Source: Felis catus (lineage: Eukaryota). Taken from it: DNA of 64,000 nucleotides. This document shows positions 12,936 through 26,433 of the stretch, one piece after another (within the stretch, counting starts at the first letter, position 1; every line of letters begins with the position of its first letter). A model generated the notes under the pieces. It did not search any database and was not told where the DNA came from. It worked only from the letters and a program-made list of their open reading frames with translations. The DNA lies in the NCBI RefSeq assembly GCF_018350175.1, contig NC_058368.1, positions 154,010,001 through 154,074,000 of the forward strand. Direction: 5' to 3'. Made by a program: the position numbers and the translations under genes.

Positions 12936-13062
12936 CAGGTGATCATATAATTTATTGCTAAGCCAGAACATTTTGAAAGTGAAAGAGGTATTTTTAGCAA
13001 TCATACTGAAACAACAAACAATTGAGAATGTCCTGGAAACATCAGGGAGGATAGTCACTTTG
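12936..13062. mobile_element. hAT-Blackjack MITE relic (MER94/MER81-like)
   Basis: CAGGTGATCATATAATTTATTG...TTTTGAAAGTGAAAGAGG...ATAGTCACTTTG resembles the recalled consensus, with decayed terminal inverted repeats. Confidence 0.6.
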
Positions 13063-13289
13063 TCAAAGAGAGAAACTTTGGATTCGAATTAAATTATCAC
13101 CAGTTCCTTCACAGAGATTTTTTTCATCAGAGGAGATTGGCATTGTTTTGATTAACACTGCTATATGTAAGTCACTATTACTCACAATCCATTTAAATAG
13201 AAAACACCTGACACCATTGTTTGGCACTGAAATTAAAAAAACCTTTTTGTCAGGGAGAAAAACAAATGTCAGTGTTATTATTTAGATGG

Positions 13290-13292
13290 TTT

Positions 13293-13364
<72 letters not shown>

Positions 13365-13396
13365 TTTCTTTCCTTCTTCTTTCTTTCTTTCCTTTT
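13290..13396. repeat. (TTTC)n tetranucleotide microsatellite
   Basis: About 18 perfect TTTC units followed by degenerate units. Confidence 0.97.
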
Positions 13397-13446
13397 CACT
13401 TTTGGCATGCTCTGTGTAATTATGACCATAGAAAGTAAAATTATGA

Positions 13447-13648
13447 GGGCGCCTGGGTGGCTCAGTCGGTTAAGCCTCCAACTCTAGATACTTGCTCCGG
13501 TCATGATCTCACAGTTCCTGAGATGGAGCTCCATGTTGGGCTCTGCCCTGAGTGGAGCCTGCTTGGGATTCTCTCTCTGGCCCTCCCCATCTTGTGTGCT
13601 CTTGCTCACTGTCTTTTCTCAAAACAAAAAAAATAAACTGAAAAAAAG
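13447..13648 (+). mobile_element. CAN-SINE (older subtype)
   Basis: GGGCGCCTGGGTGGCTCAGTCGGTTAAG head. TSD-like AAAGTA(AA/GG)ATTATG on both flanks. Confidence 0.92.
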
Positions 13649-13869
13649 TAGGATTATGTTTAGGAGGGATATGCCATTCTTTGTGGCTGCTCTGGACCCT
13701 TTGACCATCCTGGATATCCTTGCTTTTGATCCATGCATTCTCAGGCTCCCTTGTGACTATGTGATAGCTTGGGCTAATGTAGAAATCTGCTGCAGCCTGC
13801 TGGGAAGCCAGTTGCTTTCAGTGGTAAAGGTGAAAGTTGTGGCTGATATGTTCCTTCCTTCTTGCCCAT

Positions 13870-14123
13870 CTTTTATTTTGTTGTTTTTTTTTTTTTTAGT
13901 TTCCTTTTTTAATGTTTATTTATTTTTTAGAGAGAGAGATAGAGCATGAGCAAGGGAGGGCCAGAGAGAGAGGGAGACACAGAATCTGAAGCAGGCTCCA
14001 GTCTCTGAGCTGTCAACACAGAGTCTGACATAGGGCTTGAACTCATGAGCTGTGAGATCATGACCTGAGTCGAAGTCAGATACTTAAAAGACTGAGCCAC
14101 CCAGGCGTGGACAAGAAGCCCCC
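13870..14123 (-). mobile_element. CAN-SINE, antisense
   Basis: T tail, (GA)n, GAATCTGAAGCAGGCTCC, GACTGAGCCACCCAGGCG. TSD CCTTCTTG(C/T)CCAT at 13857-13869 and 14123-14135. Confidence 0.94.
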
Positions 14124-17100
14124 CTTCTTGTCCATGTAAAAATGATGCCTGAGCTATAGTGGCAGTGTGCATCCATGAAGGAAAAGCCAAAAAATAGATA
14201 CACTGGAACTGAATTACTGAGCTAGTTAAACAGTATTTAGTGTCAACAGCTTTTTTTTTTCTCATGTGAGAAAAACTGGCTCTTCATATTTAAGACATTG
14301 GTTATCACTTTTTTTATACATTTGCAGCAGAAGCACTCCAAAACGATTCACAGGGCCAGGAGGTGATTAGTAAGCAACTATCTCAGAAACTTTATTCCAG
14401 AGAAGTTATTCAGCATGGTCAGGGCCACCAGAGCTCATTATCATTGATTTCAAGCTCATGCGTAGTAAAACCTTACCAGTAACTGATGACTTGGGTCCGA
14501 AAAATTGAGTTAGGTAAAACGGACGTGGGATCATGTTTTTGTGAGAGTAGTGACATGATTGGGGCAGATTTGTCTACTAATTGGCCAAGAGTGGGTGCTT
14601 TTGAGTGGTTCACATCTACCCTGGCCAGATTTTGGCACCACCTATTGGTATTTGTCTGCTCGAGTTTACATATTAATAGACATGTTAATGGTTCTGTAGG
14701 AGTGATTGACAAAATCAAACGTGATGGTCTGTTTTCTGTCCCCATCCATACTGGGTAGAGAGGATATGGTAGAGGTGGGAATCTACTTGCTACTTGCTTA
14801 TTTCTCAAGAAATTTCTGCCCACTCTTCTTGCCTTTCCTGAGCCTCACTTTCTCCTGTACAGATCCCTCTCTGGGGCAGAAAATGGGAAATTTTGTCCTT
14901 AGCTGTTTGGGATGTATGCTTGATGAAAGATGAGACTTAAGATGCAGTCCAATTATATGTAAAATCACCTGCCCATGGAGCTTTATGGGAGGCTTCATTG
15001 TACTGTGTATCTGTGCTTCAAAACCTGTGTTCTTTGTAGCACTAATAGCTATTCATTAAAGCAGTGTGTCCTCCCTGAAAGATAAGGGGTACGTGGCACT
15101 CACCTGACTCCCCTTTGACCCACAGCAGAAGTATTGAGGTTTGTGGGATGGTTGATAAGTTTAACAACAAACACTTTATTGGCTATGTGCCTTTGTGCAG
15201 GCTATAGAATGGAAACTTCATTGGTGTCTTAGCCTTAACTGCCTTAGGGTTTTTTTCTGAGACCCATTAAGCTAAATCTTGGTTTAATTTCCTACTACAT
15301 TGTTTTCTAAATTGGATTCCACAATCATGTGTTTAGTTAGATAACTTTGGACAAGGTAAGCATTGAATTTTTTTCTTTTTTAATCTGTAAGATTTCTCAG
15401 AACTGTCATTCCTGAACCTTTAAGATCAGTAGTGTAGAAAATGTTTTAGACTCATTTGTTCTTCTGAAAAATACTGTGGGAGTAATGTCTCAGAAAACAT
15501 ACATGAGATTTTGTCAAATTCATATGGTAAATTTGGAGGCATACTTTTGTTCTGGACATGAGGGTATCATTTTGTTTGCATTTTGGGATATCTCTTTTTT
15601 TGTACTCCCTTTCTAAGTATCATGTTCTTCTGTTTCCAAGAGTTCTGTGTTTGAGGATGAATATCTGAGTAATCTCATGATAGGAGCTGAATTTTGAGAG
15701 TACAGTTGGAAACGCCCTACTCAGTTTGTGGAGTCTGGAGTAGCACTCTACAGACTCAATGGCTGCATGTACAATATGGCACGCTATCTGATTGAAAAAT
15801 GAAAATTTCAGTAATGAGCTTCAAAGCTGGAGGATACTTAGTATCTATTTCACTCTTCTTATTTTACAAATGAGAAAATTCATGTTCATACTTGCAGAAG
15901 GGCCCATTCTTCAGCATCCAATCAGTGGAAGACTTAAAATCTTCAGCAAATTAGTATTTTTTCCCCATTGCTTTATGCTTTCTCACAATCCTTGGAATGT
16001 AGTAGTAACTTAATGAAAGTTTCTTAAATAAATAAATGGTTAAATTAATATAATTGTAGGATTTCTCTGAATCTTCCTCTCTATATCTTCCTTCAGAATC
16101 CGTAGACTCTTTCTCCTAGCGTCTTTTATAGTTTATTCTTTTAAACCTTCATTTTTTTGATATTAAGTAAATGAGTTTGTTATCTAAGTTTCTTTTGTAA
16201 CAATCATAAACATCAGTAATTTGTTCCAGAATTCTTCCTCAGTTATCCATAAAGAAAATGAGGGGAAAAAAATCTGTGTGGCATGGACACTTAAAAACAA
16301 AGATAAGACTCACAAGTTATTCCTTGAAAAGGATTTCCCATTCATGCTTCACATTACTTCCTGCCAACCAATGCCATAAGTGGCTTTTGTCACTTACAGA
16401 TATAAGCCAAGTGTGTTCACGGTGTACATTTTTCTGTGTTTTTAACTTGTGAAGTAACAGGGCCTCTGAACCAGTGAACCTACACTTCCCCATTATGGTC
16501 TTTCATTACTGTATTTTCTGGGAACATGAAGCATACTCACATTTTTGTATTATACTTAGGACCGCGACATGGATTCAATAAGAATCCCAAGCCCCTCATT
16601 TTATACCAACCATTCTCCCAAATCTGAATTGAGACACAGAGGTGTGAATATCAAGACACATATGCGTGCAAATTGTTCATTTGCATATCAAACAGGCATA
16701 GAATGAAGATCACAAACATAAACAAACAAAACCACATTATATGGTAACCCTTGTGTTGGATATAATGCTTTTAGTCATCTGAGTCTTTGGAGAGGGTTAC
16801 CTTCAAAGTTGGCAGAAAGAGAAAGAAGCTGGTCCACATTAATGATCTACTTCTGAAGGCAGTGGGGAAGCGTTCCGGAAGAATAAATGGAACACTTAAT
16901 TCTCTTCATTTGGAATACAGTATGGATCTGGATTTCTTCTTCACAAATAGTTCCTGCTTTTTCTAGCTGTCTCATATTCATTTGTCTTACACTACTCCTC
17001 ACCTCAGGGTGTTCATGGTAGGAGTATACTTTGTCATCTTTCCTCTGGTGCTGGTTTTGTATTTACATTTTTAAAGTTAAATGTTATGTTCCTTTTGATA

Positions 17101-20100
17101 AAACAAAAAAACCATTGTCATGAATTATGAGATAATCTATACAGTCAGGGTAATCTTCTAAACAGAGAAGATGATGGCTGAAGTGGTAAACTTGAATGTG
17201 GATGGAAAAACTTCCTTCTGAAAGCAGCTATTGTTTTCTGTTTATTTTGGGATGTGTGTATGTGTATGTGTATGTGCATGTATGTGTGCATGCATGAACA
17301 CACACTCAAATTAACCATTAGAAGCACTTCCTTCTTCATGTTATCTTCTTTTAAAATAGTAAATGTTGAAGGAGAGTAAAAGAGTAAGACTTTGATCCCT
17401 GGCGCCAGTGAACTTACTAGACAGTTCCTTGATGAAAATAGAAATATTGAGTTTAGAAACATGAAGAAAAAATTTGTCAACTTCAAAAATGTAAAATAGG
17501 ACAATCATGCAGTTGAAGAGAATGAAGCTCCATTTAATAGTCCCAATTTGTATTTATATATCCAAGGACCCATTAACAGTAGGAAATAGTCTGTACACTT
17601 ATAGAGGTGGGTTATATAGAGTCTTTATGACTTAATTGTTAGAAGTATATTAATTTAATAGATGCAAAGTCAATAGCACTCAAACTACCATTTAAGTCAA
17701 ATCACCCTTTATTCTTATATTCTGCACTTGATGCACTTGATGTTCAATAGGTTGAATCAAAAATGATTTTCAAAGTGAGTTGACAGTGGTCAGATTTCTT
17801 TTATAATCGGGTGCCAAGATGATTATGCACACATCACATTTACAGAGGCCTTCTTCTCAAGTAGTAATTTCTATAATACTGGTTTAAAAAAAAGCTAGAC
17901 AAGATGTGATTTTTTGAGTACAGGTTCTCAAAAAATGTGCAAAGCTGGAATGTAATTGTAGGCTGTATTATTAACTCAAAGGCTGGCATCATTTCAGCAT
18001 AAAAAATAACAGTTATGGGAATGAGGACCCCCTTTTTTTAATCATGAAAGAGCTTGTGTATGGATATTATGAGGGATTTTCCCGAGCCTTATTCTTAAAC
18101 AGATTACACTATTCAAAGTCTCAAAGAATCAAAATCGTGCTCAGCTGGGGCAGTCAATGTGCAGTCTAAACATGTGACAGATGCAGAGAAAACTTCAAAG
18201 ATGCCATTACAAATGCCTGTGGAGATATTTAAGGAGCCAGATGCTACTGTTTCATGTCTTCCCCAGCTCTGAATGTGTCCTGTGATCACCTTCCAAAGAG
18301 AAGGTGTGGTTCAATCTGGTGAGGAACAGAATGCCACCTAATCTTTTTGTTGTTGTTGTTTGCATACATTGTGTGGCTGGGGTATGACGGGCTGGGATCA
18401 GTGACTCTAACAGGGAGGACATGTATAGGAATTTGCTATTCTGTAGAAAAACATAAAGGCACAACTGCAAGATGTGTATATGATGTATTCTGTGAAAGCT
18501 CTCCTATCTAAAAAGCATGATTTATAGGTGTGCATTGCTAGGAAGCACTTTTTTTTTTTAACTTTTGCCATTTGTTTAGACACAAAAAGAGGTAATAAAT
18601 TTATTCATTATAGTTAATGTTTATTTGCCATTTTGTTTTGCTGTTGAGAAATAAGATACTTGAGACAACATATTATTAAGTGCATGTTTCATTCTCATCA
18701 CTGTTGCATTGTGGAGAAGAATTTTATATTTTGAGATCAAAGGAAGCCCCAGGTCAGTACAAAGGTGGTGAGATTTAGCTAAAAATCTAAAACCACCACT
18801 TGCTTTTGTTTCAATATGGATTGTTTTAGTTTTATAGTTTTCTTCTCCATTATAGGCTGTGTAAGAGAGTTTGTTTTATCTTAACTTTTAAGAACACAAT
18901 TTCATAGGCTTGTAATTCCAAATGCAATAAAGGGAAATAAAGACAAGTTCTAGGAAACATGTACTATAGCAAATTAACTAGAAAGTTTGAGTCACTGTAT
19001 AATGTTTCAGAATTATTTTTGCACTGAAAAAGTGATTCTTCTCAAATTTATTCATTTTATTATAGGTATGATGTAGCCTAGCCTATGCTCTATTACAGCA
19101 AACCTATGGAGAGATTGTTTATTAATTTTTGAACTGAAATTTGTGGCCTATTATAAAAACCAAAACTCATATACATAATTATTTACATGAAAAGGGATGG
19201 CTTTAAGTGGAAAATAAATAGCAAAGGATATTTTTCTTTCTAATGTAAACATCTGGCAGTAATCCTTGCTTACACAATTAATGGGCATTTAATTGGCAAT
19301 GATCAGTTTATTGCTGCAATATGAAGTGAATGTTTCCCCAGGAACAAACAGCTGTTGCAAGAATTTCACAGTGATTTAGCAAACACCAGGTGATAGCTGT
19401 ATCTAGAATGAAGTGTTCTGTCTCTCAGCAAATCACAGTGCATCAGAAAAAAAAAAAAAGCACTAAGTTATAAGTAACGTAGCTGGAGAGATCCAACTGT
19501 CACTGACGTTGAAATCTACCTAAAAAGCAAACTTCATAAAACAACAGATTAATTGCATTAGATATTATCCATGCCTCAAATATAAAGAAAGAAATAATTT
19601 CTCCTAGAAGCAAATAACAAGTTGGCATGACATTAATCTATTTAAAAGGAGTATTTTATGTCTTGTTTTAGAGACATAAAGGTTGATGAAACTTTTTTGT
19701 ATTCTAATATTTTATCTTTTTAAAAGTCTTAGAAAATTTGATAGTCATGATTCTAATTTTTTGATTAAAAAGTTATTGAAGTCATTCAACGGTTACTGAC
19801 AATTATATTTTTTCTTAATAGATTTTATTCAACTGTCTAAAATTAAATGCACCACTTTTTAATTTGCATTGCTTGTGAGCTGCTTTCCCATTAAGTTTTA
19901 AATAAAAAGTTTTTCATTTTTCATTATGCACTCTTATTACTAATTTAATAAAATGATAATGGCTATGCAAACTTTCTGTTACTACTCAGCTTTTGGCATA
20001 GATTAAATTATACATTTTAAATGTAGCATACTGGCAGACACTGTTATTTCATAAAGCTGAGTTTCATTAGTGAAGAAAGTAATTTTGCTTCAGCAAAAAA

Positions 20101-22767
20101 AAAATGCCTTTATTTACTATACTATTTGGTATTAGCTCATGTTAGACTCTAGGAACAATGAACTGAAATGAACAAAGCATCAAGGGCCAATTTATAGAAC
20201 AATGCTTTTATTTTTTTCATGTATGCATTCTGCAATAATTCATCTCCATGACAAAAGCAGACAATCAATCATCTTCTATTGTGTCTTTCTCAATAAAATT
20301 ACCATTCTTGATGTAACAAAAGAAAGCTGCCTAAGTCACAGGAACAGTTTTACATGCTCAAATCAATAAATTGACCATACTTCAAAAAACCTTTACCCAT
20401 TTAATATGACAATGAAGTTTTATGTTTAACTTACCCATATTAATATTAAATTATTGTTATGTAGCATTGTTCTTTTTTCATTCAAGAAAACAATAAGAAA
20501 TAAGAAAGCATGCTAAAGGAGTGTTTTCAAGTATCTCAGTGGGAAAACTTTGTAGCCTGTGTACAAGTGTTGATGTGCTATCATAGCTGCGTGTAAGTTG
20601 AAATGCTTCACATGTTGGAAATGAAATCTCAATAAGTCCCCAAATTGTACGGAATCTATATACTATTACAAAATGTATTATAAGATCGGAGAAGAATGGC
20701 AAGTTTAAGGTGATCCTATAATAAACTATATGCTTCCAAAAGTGAGATATTTATATGGTGTTATATGGGAAACATACAAACCGAGCACATCATTCAAAAA
20801 GTGAATCTGCAATTGTCATGTGAGATGAAAAGAAACAAGTTGGAAAGTTAAGTGCAAGTTCCCATATGAGGAACTTGACGAATGAATATTATAGATACAG
20901 ATAGAGATATAGCTACATATGCATTTTCAAGAACCAGCTCTTTTATTTTTAACTAAAAGAATAGAAATTTAACATGAAAAATAGTCAATGTTCTTAGTTT
21001 TCTAGCCAACATAGAGTGCAATACTGAGATTTCTCATTTTCATGCCATTTATATATTATATATATAATATATATATATAATATTATGTTTGGTCCCAAAT
21101 GTCTCTCACAGAAATCAAATGGAATTACAGCAAAATTTCTAGATTAAAATATGAATAGTTTCCCTATAACCTACCATAGTAACAGGATTAATTTAAGCTA
21201 ATAACACTCATGTCATTAACCACTCCAAAATTCAGATGACTTTAGAACCTCGGAAGACTCTCTTTAATTGTATTTTCTTTTTTCTGAATTAATGAGGCCA
21301 GGCCATAACATGTTTCAAGAAAATGATGTTCTTTGTTACAGAAATGCAAATGCAGTGGCTTAGCGTCTAAGATACTGTGTAGTATAGATGACTGTGAGAA
21401 TAGTCTCGTTTCAGTGTACAGGGCCTCACAGTAATTCATAATTTACAATAATTTATATACCAATTATATGATTAAATTCTGAATATTTTGTGCGTGTATT
21501 AGTTGTTTATGAGCTTACAGTATGTTCATGACTTATACCATGCCACAAGAATGTCATCCTAAATTTGATATTAAATATTTTATTGGATTTTTTAACTTCA
21601 TAGTAATTGATTTGAAAAATTGCCATAAAAAGTAGTCCTACAACTGAAAGTTTAAAAACACCAGTGAAAGTTTTATTGCATTCCACTGTAAATGAAATGC
21701 TTTAATGGAAATATTATTAACTCATAAGTGACCTTAAACAGTTGCTTATCTTGGGTCCCTCTCTTTTCCGCATTGTTTGGCTAATTCCTTTTGATTCAGT
21801 TCCTGGTCACTATGATACGATGAGTTATTTACTAAAAGAGATTTATTATGGAAGGTCAATGTTTATTAAGGAATCTATTTTGCTTCTATGTTAGCCTTAG
21901 TTCAAAGGAACCAAGTTGAGGATAAACTAGAAAGTTGTTTTATGTTGGATGTTTTACTTCTGTCTTACCTTCCTTACCTATAGTTGCTGAAGAAAGAAAA
22001 AGCAGAAGATACAATTTAACAAGAAATCACAATATTGTTTATCACAGAATGACAATAACATTGCTGAATTGTCTTGAACTGTTACTTATCTTCTTAGAGA
22101 ATCTATGCCTTGGGACAATGTTTGGCCTTTGTTCCCACGTTTTAAGAAACCTAACACCTGTACTTGTCAATTATTTTCTCTTAGAGGCATCACAGCCTCT
22201 CAACCACATTCTCTCCTCTCCTGCTCCCCTGTCTCTTTCCTTTCTCCTTCTTTTTTCCATAATACTTCTAGAACTGTTAAAGGGTAATGAATAACATCCC
22301 CAGGATTTCATTACAACCTTCGCTTTGGAGGCAGAATACAGGGACCAGGAAATCCCCCTCCACTGCCTCGTTAATTTTGGGATTTTGCTGTATCTTGTTG
22401 AAATTGTATAACCATTTCTACCATCTACAAAAGCCCTTGATGTCTTTCTTTTATGGATGACAATATGTCTAACAGCCAAAATGGAAGAAAACAAAGCCAC
22501 CTGTATTTGTAGGCACATAAACCCAGAGTGTTCTATCAAAATTTGAAGTTTCTTTTTTTTATTCAGAGTTCTATGATGCTTCTTTTTGTTTCTGTTTTTA
22601 GCTGCATAGCCACTGAATCTTTTCATGTCTCATCAATATGTCCTTGATAGTAAGAAATTGCCCCGAGATAAAGTTTTTTGAAAGAATAAAGTTGAAATCA
22701 CTTATAGAAAGAAATCCAGGCTGACCTTTTGGGCCAGTCAGTTTACACCAATGAGTTTGCTGTACTG

Positions 22768-22952
22768 CAGGAATTCTCACACGGTGATGTGCTTTGGAGC
22801 CATCTGGAGGGTTTGAAAAAACATTTTGCTAAGTCTCACCTCCGTAATTTCTGATTCAGTAACAGGGTAGGTGGCAAAGAATTTACATTTTTAACAAAGT
22901 CCAAAGGTTTGCTGATTCTGCTGGTCTGGAGGCAACATTTTGAGAACTACTA
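22768..22952. mobile_element. MER5A-type hAT-Charlie MITE
   Basis: TTCTGATTCAGTA...GAATTTACATTTTTAACAAAGTCC...TTTTGAGAACTACT matches the recalled MER5A layout. Confidence 0.75.
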
Positions 22953-23138
22953 CTGTGTTAAGCCAGAAGATATTTTAAATTTTATTTGTTTGAACTCAGC
23001 TTATTGTGAATATATCATCACCAATTTGGGCTTTTGTAGGAAATATGATAAAGTAGTTAGCCAAAGAGTACATTATTTTATATAGGTAGGAACGTCACAC
23101 TCAATATGTTTTGTTTTGTTTTGACATGAATTTATTTT

Positions 23139-23360
23139 TTTTATTAAATTTTTTAATGTTTATTCATTTTCGAAAGACAGAGAGAGACAGAGAACAAGCA
23201 GGGGTGGGGTGGAGAGAGAGGGGGGACACAGAATCTGAAGCAGGCTCCAGGCTCTGAGCTGGCAGCACAGAGCCTGATGTGGGGCTCGAACTCAAAAACA
23301 GCGAGATCATGACCTGAGCCGAAGTTGGACACTCAACCGACTGAGCCACCCAGGCACCCC
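23139..23360 (-). mobile_element. CAN-SINE, antisense, inserted in the tail of an old L1
   Basis: Full-length. Perfect TSD ACATGAATTTATTTT at 23124-23138 and 23362-23376. Confidence 0.96.
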
Positions 23361-23361
23361 A

Positions 23362-24430
23362 ACATGAATTTATTTTCTAATGCAGTTTTATGTTCATAGA
23401 AAAATTGAGAAGAAGGTACAGAGATATCCCATGTATTCCCTGCCCCCACATATACATAGCCTCACCATTATCAATATTTCCCACCAGCATGGTACATTTG
23501 TTTACACTGATGAGCCTATATTACACATTGTAATCACTCCAAGTCCAGAGTACATTAGGGTTCACTTTTGGTGTTGTACATTCTATGGGTTTGGACAAAT
23601 ATATAATTACTTGTATCCATCATTATAGTATCAGAGTAGTTTCACTACTCTAAAAATCCTCTGTGTTCCACCAATTCATCCCTCACCACCACTGGCAAAC
23701 AATTCTCTCCATAGTTTTGTCTTTTCCAGAATGTCTTATTGTTGGAGTCACATTGTACGTTGACTTTTCACATTGGCATCTTTTACTTAATAATATGCAT
23801 TTAAGATTCTTTTCAAGGCTTAATAGCTCCATTCTTCTTTCTTTCATTGTCTGCTTCCACCAGAGTTTATTTACCTCTTTACTGAAGGATATCTTGGTTG
23901 CTTCCAAGTATTATGCATAAAACTTCTATAAACCTCCATGTGCAGGTTTCTGTATGGACATAAGTTTTCAACTCCTGTGGGTAAATACCAAGAAGTGGGA
24001 TTGCTGAATCATTTGGAAAGAGTATGTTCAGTCTCATAAGAGACCACCAAACTGTCTTCCAACATGGTATACTGTTTTGCAGTTTCATCAACAGTGTTTG
24101 AGACTTCCTGTTTCTCCACATCCTCCCCAGCATTTAGTGTTTTCAGTATTTGGAATTTGGCCACACTAATGGTGTATAGTTGTATCTCATTTTAATTTGC
24201 GTATTCCAGATAGCATATGATTGGAGCATCTTTTCATATGGTTATGAACCGTCTGTTTACCTTCTTTGGTGAGTTGTTAAGGTCTTTGGCCCACTTTATA
24301 AGTGGGTGATTTGTTTTTTTACTGTTGAGTTTCCGGAGTTCTTTGTATGTTTTGGATAACACTCTTTTATCAGATGTGTTTTATAAATATTTTCTTCCAG
24401 TCTGTGCTTATCTTCTTGTTCTCTTGACTG
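23362..24430 (-). mobile_element. Old LINE-1 3' fragment (L1M-type), antisense
   Basis: Minus-strand translation DSAIPLLGIYPQELKTYVHTETCTWRFI matches the ORF2 C-terminus, and L1M-like 3'UTR follows. Confidence 0.88.
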
Positions 24431-25199
24431 AATATGTCTTTGACTCATGCAGTTTAAGGCTTATGTCACAAAATCCTATGATTATTCTGCAAAGCTGTGT
24501 ATTAATATCAGATATTGCTTTTAGAGATTAAGATTATTTGCAAGCCAGAATTGTAAATGTTCTGACTATAAAGAGATTTCTTTTTATACTTATGCTTCAA
24601 AAAGTGAAGATTTCTAATACAGTGACCCATGTACTTCTTTCCTAGAATGAAGCCTTCTTGCCTTCACTTGCTTTGCTATCCAATGTAGACTACAGTCAAT
24701 TGCTTCAATCTCTAGTTTGCCATTTTCCTCCCTTCCGTTTCTGTTTGTTCTTCAAAATTCTAATTCAAACTCAATCCAGTTATCCATCTTTCCTAACACT
24801 CTATCTGGGCCGTTGAATGCTGATGGGAAAAAAGTCACACTGTATAACCACTGCAAATTCATGATCTCCAATCTTAGCTGGATCCTCTTTGCTATCTGGT
24901 AATCCTTTTTTCTTCAGTTGGTTCTCTTTTCTATTGATTGTTTCTATGTTGAAACTTCTCTTTCAAATTTTTAGTATACCACATCAGTATTTACCCTCTG
25001 TAAATGGTTGTAATTCTTGCTTCACAGAGAAATTGGGGGAAATGAGATAAAAAAAAAAAAACACATCTTGCCACCAAATATATTCCCATTCTCAACAAGG
25101 AGCAAAAGCAAGACCCTCATTCCTGAAGCAAATACCTGGATACATTTGTTCATAAGGACATCATTTCATCTATTATTTCCCAGTCTAATTGTATATTCC

Positions 25200-25391
25200 T
25201 TTTGAATGTTTATTTATTTTTGAGAAAGAGAGAAAGCCAGAGGTAGAGAGGCAGAGAGAGAGGGAGACAGGATCCCAAGCCAGCTCTGCACTGACAGCAG
25301 AGAGCCCGAGGCGGGGCTCAAACTCACGAACCCTGAGATCATGACCTGAGATGAAGTAGGGTGCTTAACTGACTGAGACACCCAGGCACCT
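25200..25391 (-). mobile_element. CAN-SINE, antisense
   Basis: GAGATCATGACCTGAG...GACTGAGACACCCAGGCACC. TAATTGTAT on both flanks. Confidence 0.92.
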
Positions 25392-26211
25392 CATAATTGT
25401 ATCCATCTTTTCCTCTCTGCTTCCTTTGTCATACCAGCATTAAAAACATGCTCAAGTCTCTTTTGGTTTCTCCACGTTTCCTCTGGAGACCAAGCTCTCT
25501 CATGGTTCTCTGTACACTTATTGAACAATCTGCCTCTTCTCATTGTCATTGGCCCTGTTCACTTCTGACAACTCTCTTCTAGAAGTAATTATTTTTTTCC
25601 CTTAGACTTTACTATACCCTGACCTCCTTTTTTCACCCTACCCATTCTTCAAGTACTTTTTTGGCTTCACAAAGCAGGATGATCTTATCTACACCCAGAT
25701 TTTCTTATTTTCTAAATGCAGCTTCCATACTGGTCTCCCTCCTGAATATAAACCCATATATCCAAATGCCAACTGGAGAGCCTCTCCTTGAAGTCCTATA
25801 CTCACCTCAGTATTACTCAAATCAATCTTACTACTTTCTTCCCTAAAATTTGCTTCTTATCATGTGAACTTTTAATCCCACGAAAAAGAAGGATGATACA
25901 GTACATATTAGTCTACTTAGGCTCATCTGGTCTTAGAGTGCCACTTTCCTACTGTGTGACTGGCATATGTCACAACATGGAGTCTCTGTTTCTTTTGTCT
26001 AAAATTAGAATAACAAAGTTACACTACATTCATTATAGGAGACAGTGAGATACATATGATAAAATTCATGGGAAATGTCTCAACTGAACTACAAAGTGCT
26101 ATATAATGTAAGAATAATAATGATAATCTTATTATATCATTTGTCTAAAAAGATGAACATCTAATAGGCATAGCTGGTCAGCCATCTCTCATTAGAATAT
26201 TATTTGCCCCA

Positions 26212-26433
26212 GGATGCCTGGTTGGTTGAGTCGTTTAGGTGTCCAACTTCGGCTCGGGTCATAATCTCACAGTTTGTGGGTTCAAGCCCCGCATCGGGTT
26301 CTGTGCTGACAGCTCAGAGCCTGGAGCCTGCTTCGGATTCTGTGTCTCCCTCTCCCTCTGCTCCTCCCCCCACTCATGCTGTCTTTCTCTGTCTCTCAAA
26401 AATAAAATAAAACATTTTAAAAAATTTTAAAAA
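26212..26433 (+). mobile_element. CAN-SINE with 18-bp TSD
   Basis: TSD AGAATATTATTTGC(C/T)CCA at 26194-26211 and 26434-26451. Confidence 0.96.

Noticed and set aside
13221..13487. FLSF-repeat ORF, and similar YIYI or RERE ORFs at 27585-28295 and 32894
   Set aside because: Translations of microsatellites.
15731..15757. Short hairpin GAGTCTGGAGT-AGC-ACTCTACAGACTC
   Set aside because: An 11-bp bulged stem is too short for a pre-miRNA and is compatible with chance.
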